Shown piece after piece: positions 51,543 to 60,037 of a stretch of DNA of 64,000 bases. Source of the DNA: Patescibacteria group bacterium (GTDB lineage: Bacteria > Patescibacteriota > Minisyncoccia > Portnoybacterales > UBA2143). Position numbers and translations under genes: made by a program. The stretch spans positions 257,980-321,979 of the forward strand of contig JAHJSM010000001.1 in the NCBI GenBank assembly GCA_018830295.1, in the 5' to 3' direction. The notes below the pieces were generated by a model. It ran no database searches. It saw only the letters and a program-made list of their open reading frames with translations, and was not told the DNA's origin. Within the stretch, counting starts at the first letter, position 1; each line of letters begins with the position of its first letter.

Positions 51543-52839
51543 GCATATCCTGGGCTTAAACGCCCGCAACTTGACTTACCTTCGGCCCTCTAATAATTTG
51601 AGGGCTGTTCGTATTGCGGACAATAAACTCACGACAAAGAGAATTCTCAAAAAAGCGGGCTTGCCCGTTCCTGAAACATTTTCGGTCGTCCGCCAAATTA
51701 AGGATTTGAGGGACTTTGACTGGGCGGCTCTTCCATCATCGTTTGTTCTTAAACCAAACCAAGGTCTGGGCGGCGAAGGTATTTTGATTGTTTACGGAAG
51801 AAAAAAGAAATTCCCTTATTCGTGGGTCAAGGCGGACCGAAGTCAATTAGACAACAGGGATTTAGAAAGCCACGCCTTAAATATTTTAGAGGGAACTTTT
51901 TCGCGAACAGGATTGCCCGACATCGCCTTTTTTGAGGAAAGAGTTAAACTTCTCAAACTTCTTAAGCCATATTCTTATCGCGGCATCCCGGATATAAGAA
52001 TTATCGTCTATAATTCCGTTCCCATTATGGCGGAAATGCGTTTACCGACAAGGGAATCCGGCGGAAAAGCGAATCTTCATTTAGGGGGAGTTGGCGTCGG
52101 AATAGATATGGGCGCGGGCGTTACAACCACAGCTATCCATCGAGACCGTCTGATTGAATACGCGCCAGGAACAAGGTTGCCCTTAAGCGGAATTCAAATC
52201 CCTGATTGGAAGGATGTCTTACGGCTGGCAATTCATGCTCAGGAGGTAACTAAAATTGGTTTTCTTGGAATAGATATTGCCCTTGACCGAGAAAAGGGTC
52301 CTGTTGTCTTAGAGCTCAATGTCCGCCCTGGATTATCTATTCAATTAGCCAATATGTCGCCGCTTAATGAACGGCTTAAAAGAGTCAAGGGCTTGAAAAT
52401 TAAAAACGCGAGCAAGGGCGTCAAAATAGCCCAAGATCTTTTCGGCGGCGATGTGGAAGAAGGACTTGAAGAAATTTCAGGTCGCAAAGTCATCGGCATC
52501 AACGAACCGATTGAAATTCTTGACGCGCGAAAAAACAAATACCCAACCATGGCGAAAATTGACACGGGAGCGTACCGAACAACTATTTGCAAGAATTTAG
52601 CCGAACAATTAGGCGTTATGAGCCAGATTGTTGGATATAAAAAAGTAAGAAGTGTTTTAGGCGCCGCGGAAAGGCCCATTATTAATCTTTCTTTTATTTT
52701 AGACAAACGGTTAGTCGCCGCCGAGGCGTTCGTCGCCGACCGTTCGGAAATGAAATACGACATTATTATCGGCCGTCGCGACCTGAAAAGATTTTTGGTT
52801 GACCCCGCGAAAAATGTTTTTATGAGAGGACAAAAATGA
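51517..52839 (+). CDS. ATP-grasp (RimK/alpha-L-glutamate-ligase-like) fused to a C-terminal retropepsin-like aspartic peptidase domain
   Basis: 440 aa; N-terminal ATP-grasp core, C-terminal 'AKIDTGAYRTT' (D-T-G-A) and 'DIIIGRRDL' matching the clan AA 'zinc-protease-like'/retropepsin family. Confidence 0.65.
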   Translation: MLNPLGKSKHILGLNARNLTYLRPSNNLRAVRIADNKLTTKRILKKAGLPVPETFSVVRQIKDLRDFDWAALPSSFVLKPNQGLGGEGILIVYGRKKKFPYSWVKADRSQLDNRDLESHALNILEGTFSRTGLPDIAFFEERVKLLKLLKPYSYRGIPDIRIIVYNSVPIMAEMRLPTRESGGKANLHLGGVGVGIDMGAGVTTTAIHRDRLIEYAPGTRLPLSGIQIPDWKDVLRLAIHAQEVTKIGFLGIDIALDREKGPVVLELNVRPGLSIQLANMSPLNERLKRVKGLKIKNASKGVKIAQDLFGGDVEEGLEEISGRKVIGINEPIEILDARKNKYPTMAKIDTGAYRTTICKNLAEQLGVMSQIVGYKKVRSVLGAAERPIINLSFILDKRLVAAEAFVADRSEMKYDIIIGRRDLKRFLVDPAKNVFMRGQK

Positions 52840-54359
52840 TTATTAAAGACCTTCAAACATTAAAAGAATTTTTTAACCAGCATCAGCCGCTCATTTTTGG
52901 GGCGGGCGTTTACGCTTTTGACCGACTGGGGATGGAAAAAATTATTCCTGATTACCGGATTATCGCCTTGCGGCATAGTTTGGACACAAAATTAATTGAA
53001 GAAGATGTTAAAATCCTCTCTTTGGAAAAGGGTATGGGAACAAAGCACATCCAAGAGGCGCGCAACGCCACGACCGTTATTAGCAGAATTCCAAAAACAA
53101 AAGAATATATCGAAAAAATCGCCACCAAAAACCCAAACCAACTCGGACCTTTTGTTCTTGTTTATAAACCATCTAAAAAAATGGAGGAAACTTGCGAAAA
53201 AAACGGCTGGAAATTAATAGCCAATCCTTTTGGTTTTGGGAAAGAACTTTTGGAGAATAAAATTAAGTTTAGAGAAATTCTTCAAGAAATTGGCATCCCT
53301 GTTCCATCGGGCAAAATCGCTTCCATTGATAAACTTCACTATGGTCATTTAATCAATAAATACGGCCTGCCTTTTGTGATTCAGCACCCAACAAGAGGCG
53401 GAGGCAAAGGAACTTTTTTTATCAATAACCGCGCCGACTTTGAGAAAGCAATTGAAAATTTAGAGAGCGTCTGGAACGAAGACGACGAACAAAAAGTTAA
53501 AGAGGCGGACGAAGTCGTTGTCGCAAAATTTATTGACGGCCCTTCGCCAAGCATCGCCGGATGCGTGACTAAATATGGTATTTTAACAACATCTCTCCAG
53601 TATCAGGTTTTGGATATTCCCGAACTCTACAACCCAGAAAAAGGCTCTGGGCTTTTTTGCGGGCACGATTGGACAAGCTCGCATTTTTCGGAATCAGTTT
53701 CAAAACAAGCGTTTGAGTATACGGAAAAGATTGGGGAATATTTCAAAAAACTTGGCTATCAGGGAATTTTTGGCTTGGATTTTGTTTTAAATAAAAAAAC
53801 CGACAAACTTTATGTCGTTGAATGCAACCCGCGACTCGTTGGGACGCTTCCAACGGTTAATATGGCGCAACTCCTGAATAACGAAGTTCCTATTCTTGCT
53901 TGCCATGTTTTGGAATTTTTAGGCGTTGACTATCAAATAGACATTGAAGCGGTCAACCAATCAATGCGTCAAGAAAAAAGAGGCGCCCATATGTTTGTCC
54001 GCAACTTAACCGGCCGCTGGGCAAAAAACCATCGTCAACTAAAAGCGGGTGTTTATAAACTAACAAAAGAAAATTCTTTGAAATATTTGAGGCCGGGCTA
54101 TGATTTATGCCACTTAGAAAACAATGAAGAGTTTTTATTAGCGGACGGCGTTCCGTTAAAAAAATCTCATTTCAGTCCCAATCGCCGCCTCTGTCGCGTC
54201 TTAACTCTTAACTCGTTATTAGACGAGACAGATTACAAAAAATTAAACCCCTGGGCAACGCAAGTAGCCCAAACCGTTTACGGGGCGTTCCAAATAAAAC
54301 CGGTCCGTTTCGTTAAAATTAAAAAATTCTTCGCCCCTAACTTCTTAGCAAAGGGCTAA
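52836..54359 (+). CDS. second ATP-grasp superfamily ligase with pre-ATP-grasp N-domain
   Basis: 507 aa; 'HPTRGGGKGTFF' phosphate-binding loop, 'LYVVECNPRL' C-terminal ATP-grasp motif; 4-nt overlap with the previous gene. Confidence 0.6.
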   Translation: MIIKDLQTLKEFFNQHQPLIFGAGVYAFDRLGMEKIIPDYRIIALRHSLDTKLIEEDVKILSLEKGMGTKHIQEARNATTVISRIPKTKEYIEKIATKNPNQLGPFVLVYKPSKKMEETCEKNGWKLIANPFGFGKELLENKIKFREILQEIGIPVPSGKIASIDKLHYGHLINKYGLPFVIQHPTRGGGKGTFFINNRADFEKAIENLESVWNEDDEQKVKEADEVVVAKFIDGPSPSIAGCVTKYGILTTSLQYQVLDIPELYNPEKGSGLFCGHDWTSSHFSESVSKQAFEYTEKIGEYFKKLGYQGIFGLDFVLNKKTDKLYVVECNPRLVGTLPTVNMAQLLNNEVPILACHVLEFLGVDYQIDIEAVNQSMRQEKRGAHMFVRNLTGRWAKNHRQLKAGVYKLTKENSLKYLRPGYDLCHLENNEEFLLADGVPLKKSHFSPNRRLCRVLTLNSLLDETDYKKLNPWATQVAQTVYGAFQIKPVRFVKIKKFFAPNFLAKG

Positions 54360-55423
54360 GCGTCACTCTTTATCACAACTACATCGCCGTCTTGCGCGAT
54401 ATATTCCTTCCCTTCTGTTTTAATAAGCCCCTTTTCGCGGGCTTTTTCGTATCCGCCCGCTTCAAGTAAATCCTGCCAGTTAATTACATCAGCCCTAATA
54501 AACCGTTCTTCAAAATCACTATGGATTACGCCCGCCGCCTCTCGGATTGTTTTTCCTTTTTTAAGCGTCCAAGCGCGCGTCTCGTCCTCGCCAGTCGTTA
54601 AAAAAGTTATTAAATTAAGCAATTGATACGATTCCCTGATAAGGGCGTTGATTTGCGGTTCTTTCTCTAACCCTAAAGATATTCTTTCCTCTCCGCTAAA
54701 ATCAATCGCCTCCAATTCTATTAAAGTATCCATTGTCAAAAAACGCCATTCATTCTTTTTAAATAAATCCTTAATATTTTCTGGAATTTCATCCGCGCCT
54801 CCGTTTAATAAATACAACCTCGGCTTCATTGTTAAAAATTGATGACTGTTTAATATTTTCGCTTCCTCTTCTTCCCAGTTTTGGTCAATTAAAACAAGTC
54901 CTTTTTCTAAAAAATCGCGCGCTTTTTTTAAAACACCGCCTTCTTTCTCTGCCTCTTTATCGTTCGCTCTGATTTTCTTTTCCAGCCCAAAAATGATTTT
55001 ATCCGCCATCGCCAAGTCCTTCAACGCCATTTCTGTGTCTAAAATTTCTTTATCGTCCAAAACATTAATTTCCGTTTGGGTGTTAATAATTTTTTCGTTT
55101 TTAAAACATCGCAGAATGTATAAAATCGCGTCCGTTTCTTTAATGTTCGCCAAAAATTTATTGCCCAGACCTTCCCCTTGGCTCGCTCCTTTAACTAATC
55201 CGGCGATATCAATAAATTCCATCGTCGCATAAACTTTTTTCGCGGAGCCGCTCAACGCGGCGAGTTTTTCAACCCTCTCATCGGGAACCTTAACCACACC
55301 CACATTCGGGTCAATTGTGCAAAATGGATAATTGGCGCAATCCACCTGTTTTTTTGTAATCGCTTGAAATAAAGTTGATTTCCCCACATTAGGCAAACCA
55401 ACAATTCCAACTGATAGAGACAT
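54356..55423 (-). CDS. ychF: ribosome-binding ATPase YchF
   Basis: 355 aa; 'GIVGLPNVGKSTLF', C-terminal TGS domain. Confidence 0.9.
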   Translation of the reverse strand: MSLSVGIVGLPNVGKSTLFQAITKKQVDCANYPFCTIDPNVGVVKVPDERVEKLAALSGSAKKVYATMEFIDIAGLVKGASQGEGLGNKFLANIKETDAILYILRCFKNEKIINTQTEINVLDDKEILDTEMALKDLAMADKIIFGLEKKIRANDKEAEKEGGVLKKARDFLEKGLVLIDQNWEEEEAKILNSHQFLTMKPRLYLLNGGADEIPENIKDLFKKNEWRFLTMDTLIELEAIDFSGEERISLGLEKEPQINALIRESYQLLNLITFLTTGEDETRAWTLKKGKTIREAAGVIHSDFEERFIRADVINWQDLLEAGGYEKAREKGLIKTEGKEYIAQDGDVVVIKSDA

Positions 55424-55447
55424 ATCCCCAATATACCATCAAAATAT

Positions 55448-55488
55448 AGATAAGGACAGTCCCTCGCCGCGAGGGACTGTCCCTATCT
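55448..55488. repeat. inverted repeat AGATAAGGACAGTCCCTCG-CCG-CGAGGGACTGTCCCTATCT (GGGAC(A/T)GTCCC family) in the ychF 5' region
   Basis: Read directly; one mismatch between arms. Confidence 0.8.
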
Positions 55489-55586
55489 TTCTCTATTTTT
55501 TTATTAATTTAATTGTTGCATTTATTTTGTTTAATTGTTGCATTTTGCAACAATTATTCTGACAGAAATAAAAAACCGCGCTTCCC

Positions 55587-55620
55587 GAGAGGACACCCCT
55601 CGCGGCGAGGGGTGTCCTCG
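55587..55620. repeat. variant palindrome GAGAGGACACCCCTCG-CGG-CGAGGGGTGTCCTCG
   Basis: Read directly; same architecture as 55448-55488 with core ACACCCC in place of ACAGTCCC. Confidence 0.7.
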
Positions 55621-55640
55621 TATTGGAGAAACAAATAAAA

Positions 55641-55688
55641 AAACCGATGGTTGTTTTGGTTTTTATGCCCAACCATCGGTTTATTTTT
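55641..55688. terminator. bidirectional intrinsic terminator AAACCGATGGTTG-loop-CAACCATCGGTTT with A-run before and T-run after
   Basis: 13-bp stem; the minus-strand reading gives the U-run downstream of the 108-aa gene. Confidence 0.6.
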
Positions 55689-55702
55689 CGCGCTATGCGC
55701 CG

Positions 55703-56029
55703 TTATTCTGTTTTGTAAAGCAAAACGAGACCGACCTTATCAAGCCCGTGAATAGCAAAATCAATGATTCTATCCTCTCGCTCGGGATAATCTTTCTTCC
55801 ACTGAGCATATCCTTCTCTTAATAATCTGTGGCTATGTCTATATATCGTCATTATTCCCAAGCCATCATCCTTATAAAGTCTTTCTTGTTTTTCTTGCGG
55901 TTTTTGTAATTCTGTATTCGCTGTTTTGGTTGTGTCAAGATAAAATGTAGCCACAACAATTATACCCAATATAGCTGAAACAACCGCTGCCCCAACAAAT
56001 CCATACGCTACTACTGTTTTTGCCTTCAT
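55703..56029 (-). CDS. small membrane-anchored hypothetical protein
   Basis: 108 aa; N-terminal TM helix; terminator downstream. Confidence 0.45.
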   Translation of the reverse strand: MKAKTVVAYGFVGAAVVSAILGIIVVATFYLDTTKTANTELQKPQEKQERLYKDDGLGIMTIYRHSHRLLREGYAQWKKDYPEREDRIIDFAIHGLDKVGLVLLYKTE

Positions 56030-56147
56030 ATCCCCCTCCTTTTTCTTTTTATATTTTTATGTTAAAAATACCACTCCCAAATTAGCACGAAAACCAAAAC
56101 TTGTCAATAAAATTGGGTAATGTTGGCAGGAACGCCAAAAGAAATTA

Positions 56148-56224
56148 AAGGTCAGACCTTTCAAAACAACATTATCGCGATTGCTTATTATTTAGTGACA
56201 AACTGATAGAAAGGTCTGACCTTG
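56148..56224. promoter_or_regulatory. two copies of the palindrome AAAGGTC(A/T)GACCTTT about 60 bp apart in a divergent promoter region (candidate operator pair)
   Basis: 56148-56162 and 56209-56224 read directly; the same palindrome recurs at 32432-32498 and 34178-34197. Confidence 0.4.
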
Positions 56225-56248
56225 ATTTCTTAATTGAATTTCTTAAAA

Positions 56249-56276
56249 TTGACAGCAATTTATGGTTTGATATACT
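56249..56276 (+). promoter_or_regulatory. sigma70-like promoter TTGACA-16-TATACT, 9 nt upstream of the PBP1A start codon
   Basis: Read directly. Confidence 0.45.
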
Positions 56277-56285
56277 TGAATTGTA

Positions 56286-58760
56286 ATGCGAAAGAAGAAG
56301 AGGAAAATTATTAGGGCTCTTTTTAGATTTGCCGTTTTTTGCGGGGTTTTTTTCGTTTTGGGAGTTGTTGGGATTTTCGCCTATTTTGCCAAAGACCTGC
56401 CCGACCCGTCTAAAATGGAGGAGCGGCAGATTGTTGAGTCAACGAAAATTTACGACCGAACGGGAGAAGTAATACTTTATGATATTCACGGAGAGGAAAA
56501 AAGAACAATTATTCCTTTCGAAGAAATTCCCCAATTCGTCAAAGACGCGACAGTTGCGATTGAAGATGATAATTTTTACCATCATTTTGGCGTTGATTGG
56601 AAAGGAATTTTGCGCGCGGCCTGGGCGAATTTAAATAAAAATAAAATCTCTCAAGGCGGTTCCACAATCACCCAGCAATTTATTAAAAACGCCTACTTGG
56701 GTGGCCCCATGGCGGAAAGAACTTATCCGCGAAAAATAAAGGAAGTTGTTTTGGCGGTGGAATTAGAAAGCAAATATACAAAAGACGAAATTTTGGGATT
56801 TTATTTAAACCAAGTCCCCTACGGCTCAAACGCTTACGGAGTTGAATCGGCGAGCCAAACATTCCTTAATAAATCAGCGCGAGATATAACGCTGGCGGAA
56901 GCGGCGATTTTAGCCGCCCTAACCCAAGCGCCCAGTTATTATTCCCCTTACGGCTCACACCCGGAAGAACTTAAAAACAGACAGGAATATGTTTTAGACC
57001 GAATGGTTAAATTCAACTATATCACCGAGGAGCAGGCGAAAATAGCAAAAGAAGAAAAAATAGAATATGTTGGGCGATTAGACCTTAAAGCGCATCATTT
57101 TGTCGCGATGGTTGAAGAATATTTAGAAGAAAAATACAGCGGAACTTATGCCGATATTAATAAGGCGGGCTTAAAGGTTCACACTACTTTAGACTGGGAT
57201 CTCCAACAATTAGCCGAAGAAGTCGTCAACGAAGGAGCTCTGGAAAATGAGAAAAGATACAACGCCGATAACGCCGCTTTAGTGGCGCTTGATCCAAAAA
57301 CTGGACAGGTTCTCGCTCTGGTCGGCTCAAAAAACTACGCCGAAGACCAATTTAATGTCGCCACTAGCCCTTACCGACAGCCCGGCTCTTCTTTTAAGCC
57401 GTTCGCTTACGCCGCCGCTTTCCAAAAGGGATTTAATCCTGAAAGTATTTTATTTGATCTGCCGACCAGTTTTGGCAAATTCGGACCAGGAGAAGGGACG
57501 GAATACGCGCCAAACAATTATGACTTAAAATTCAGAGGGCCGCTCACGATGAGGCAGGCGCTCGCCCAATCCATCAACCTTCCCGCCGTTAAAACACTTT
57601 ACCTTGCCGGCGTCAGCGAAACGATCAACTTAGCGCAAGATATGGGAATTACGACCCTTAAAGACAGAAAGCAATATGGCTTGTCTTTGGTTTTGGGGGG
57701 CGGCGAGGTTAAACTTATAGACGAAACCGCCGCTTATGGCGTTTTCGCCGCCGAAGGGGTTAGACATCAAACAAACTTTATTCTTAAAATAGAGGACGCG
57801 GAAGGAAATATTTTAGAAGAATACAAGGACAAAGCGACAAATGTTTTAGAGCAACAAATCGCCCTTCAAATTACTGACATTCTCTCGGACGAAGCGGCGC
57901 GCGCGCCCATGTTCGGCGCCAAATCAAATCTTTATACCGCAGACCTACCAACCGCCGCCAAAACAGGCACAACCCAGGACTACACGGACGGATGGACAAT
58001 CGGATACACCCCACGATTAGTCGTTGGCGTCTGGGCGGGAAACAACGATTTTACGGAAAAAATGAAAAAAGGCGCGGCCGGTCTCTATGTCGCCGCCCCG
58101 ATTTGGAATGAGTTTATAACAAAAGCGCATGAGACACAAAACATAGAAGTAGAAAATTTTACGGCGCCTAAACCAATCACGAGTAGCGCGATTCCTATGC
58201 TCAACGGGGAAATCGCGTATAATAATAAAGTTAAAATTGATAAAATTTCCAAAAAATTAGCCACAAATTTAACTCCTCCTGATTTAATTGAAGAACATAT
58301 TTATCAAGAAGTTCATTGCGTCCTTTATTACACCAACAAATCCGCCGAAGACCCTCAATTCCAAAATTGGGAAGGACCTGTTTTAGAATGGGCGAGAAAT
58401 CAACCCTGCGCTAAAGGCGTTTGTTATAACCAAAATCCCCCGACTCAATCTGACGACATTCATACAATAGAAAACCAGCCGAAAATAAAAATCACTTCGC
58501 CCGAGCAAAACGATTTAATTAGCCAGTCGGTTTTAACTATCCAAGCCGAAGCCGAAGCGTCTTTAGGGATTAAACAAACCGACTTCTTTTTTAATAACCA
58601 ATTAATCGGTTCTGACACAATTAAGCCATACTCCGTCAATTTCAACATTCTCCCCTATCTAACTAATTCCTCCACCCAAACAATCAAGGTCCGCGCCTAC
58701 GACACCGTCCTCAACAGACAAGAAGACGAGATAGAGATAAAGACGGTTTTTACGCCTTGA
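56286..58760 (+). CDS. mrcA: penicillin-binding protein 1A (bifunctional GT51 transglycosylase/transpeptidase)
   Basis: 824 aa; GT51 motifs 'EDDNFYHHFGVD', 'GGSTITQQF'; transpeptidase 'SSFKP', 'KTGTT'. Confidence 0.9.
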   Translation: MRKKKRKIIRALFRFAVFCGVFFVLGVVGIFAYFAKDLPDPSKMEERQIVESTKIYDRTGEVILYDIHGEEKRTIIPFEEIPQFVKDATVAIEDDNFYHHFGVDWKGILRAAWANLNKNKISQGGSTITQQFIKNAYLGGPMAERTYPRKIKEVVLAVELESKYTKDEILGFYLNQVPYGSNAYGVESASQTFLNKSARDITLAEAAILAALTQAPSYYSPYGSHPEELKNRQEYVLDRMVKFNYITEEQAKIAKEEKIEYVGRLDLKAHHFVAMVEEYLEEKYSGTYADINKAGLKVHTTLDWDLQQLAEEVVNEGALENEKRYNADNAALVALDPKTGQVLALVGSKNYAEDQFNVATSPYRQPGSSFKPFAYAAAFQKGFNPESILFDLPTSFGKFGPGEGTEYAPNNYDLKFRGPLTMRQALAQSINLPAVKTLYLAGVSETINLAQDMGITTLKDRKQYGLSLVLGGGEVKLIDETAAYGVFAAEGVRHQTNFILKIEDAEGNILEEYKDKATNVLEQQIALQITDILSDEAARAPMFGAKSNLYTADLPTAAKTGTTQDYTDGWTIGYTPRLVVGVWAGNNDFTEKMKKGAAGLYVAAPIWNEFITKAHETQNIEVENFTAPKPITSSAIPMLNGEIAYNNKVKIDKISKKLATNLTPPDLIEEHIYQEVHCVLYYTNKSAEDPQFQNWEGPVLEWARNQPCAKGVCYNQNPPTQSDDIHTIENQPKIKITSPEQNDLISQSVLTIQAEAEASLGIKQTDFFFNNQLIGSDTIKPYSVNFNILPYLTNSSTQTIKVRAYDTVLNRQEDEIEIKTVFTP

Positions 58761-59850
58761 TTGGCATTATAACATAAGTATAGCTAATATCTCCAAAGGG
58801 TCTGACTACTACTGGTTTTGTGTCGGCATTTAGTCCTATAATTACTTTGTCGCTGAAAATATTATTTAACCCATCTAAGAAATAGCGGGAATTTAATATT
58901 ATATCCAAACCCTTTCCTTCAATTTTCGCTTCTAATTGCGACTTGTTTTCTCCAATATCTCCGCTCTTCGCGGAAACCTCTATTATTGATTTGTCGGGCT
59001 TGATTGAAAAATTAATATTATTATTTTTCTCGCTAAACAAACTGGCGATTTTAATATTATTAATTAATTCTGCCTTATTAACCACAACCTGGGTTATAAA
59101 TTTATTTGGGATAATCTGTTGATAATCTGGGTATTGACCATCTATTAACCTGGAGATAATTTGAACATCGCCTAAATCAAATAAAACCTGATTATGAGAC
59201 AAAATAATATCCACATCAATATCATCTTCCCCTAAAATCCTAATCAACTCTTGAACTGTTTTTTGGGGGATAATAATAAACTGCTTGTTTAATTTTTTAT
59301 CATTAATTTCAATGTTTTTTTCAGCCAAACGAAAACTATCAGTCGCGGCTAATTTAATTGAATTATTATTAAATTCCATATAAACGCCTGATATTTCTGG
59401 ACGCGATTCAGAAAAAGAAACCATATCCACAACTTGCGCGAAATTATTTTTCAAAACACTTCCTTTTATTTTTATTAAAGGACTGTCGGTAATTTTAGGA
59501 ATAATTGGAAAATCATCAGAACTTAAGCCATTAATAACTGACTTATAATTCTCGCATTTAACCTCTAATTGGTTATTTTTTGTTTTAAGTAATATTTTTT
59601 TATTAGGCAAGTTATTCACAAAACTGCTAATTAATTTAGCCGGCACGGTAATACTGCCCTCTTTTTCAATCTTCCCGCTTAACCAGCAATTAATCCCTAT
59701 TTCTAAATTAGTTGAAGATATTTTTAGTTTATTTTTTTCGGTGGATAAAAGTATATTATTTAAAATAGGTAAAGTTAAACTTCTGCCTATAATTCTTTCG
59801 GCGATATTTAAAACCTTTTTAAAATTTTCTTGAAGACAAATTAATTGCAT
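58750..59850 (-). CDS. dnaN: DNA polymerase III beta sliding clamp
   Basis: 366 aa; three-domain beta-clamp pattern, immediately downstream of dnaA. Confidence 0.85.
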   Translation of the reverse strand: MQLICLQENFKKVLNIAERIIGRSLTLPILNNILLSTEKNKLKISSTNLEIGINCWLSGKIEKEGSITVPAKLISSFVNNLPNKKILLKTKNNQLEVKCENYKSVINGLSSDDFPIIPKITDSPLIKIKGSVLKNNFAQVVDMVSFSESRPEISGVYMEFNNNSIKLAATDSFRLAEKNIEINDKKLNKQFIIIPQKTVQELIRILGEDDIDVDIILSHNQVLFDLGDVQIISRLIDGQYPDYQQIIPNKFITQVVVNKAELINNIKIASLFSEKNNNINFSIKPDKSIIEVSAKSGDIGENKSQLEAKIEGKGLDIILNSRYFLDGLNNIFSDKVIIGLNADTKPVVVRPFGDISYTYVIMPIKA

Positions 59851-59930
59851 ATTTTTTAGTTTATTTTTTTATTTAACAACTCTTATAATTATTATAATTT
59901 AATTAAATTTATAATCATTATCATTAGGAC

Positions 59931-60033
59931 TGTGGAAAACTGGATAACTTATTTTTTTGGCTTGTTTATTATATTTATTAAGTAATTTTTATTGAATAAT
60001 TTGTGGATATTATGATATTTATTATGTGGATAA
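59931..60033. promoter_or_regulatory. DnaA-box cluster in the dnaA-dnaN spacer (oriC candidate): TGTGGAAAA 59931, TGGATAACT 59941, TGTGGATAT 60002, TGTGGATAA 60025
   Basis: Matches to TTATCCACA/TGTGGATAA consensus read directly in an extremely AT-rich 187-bp spacer. Confidence 0.6.
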
Positions 60034-60037
60034 AATG

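Noticed and set aside
28036-55488. GGGACAGTCCC repeats as a CRISPR array
   Set aside because: Copies are scattered singly or in pairs over 54 kb without regular repeat-spacer periodicity, and no cas genes are present.
55535-55822. Track ORF 55535-55822 (+), 95 aa
   Set aside because: It reads through two palindromic elements and a strong bidirectional terminator and overlaps the better-supported minus-strand 108-aa gene; most likely non-coding.
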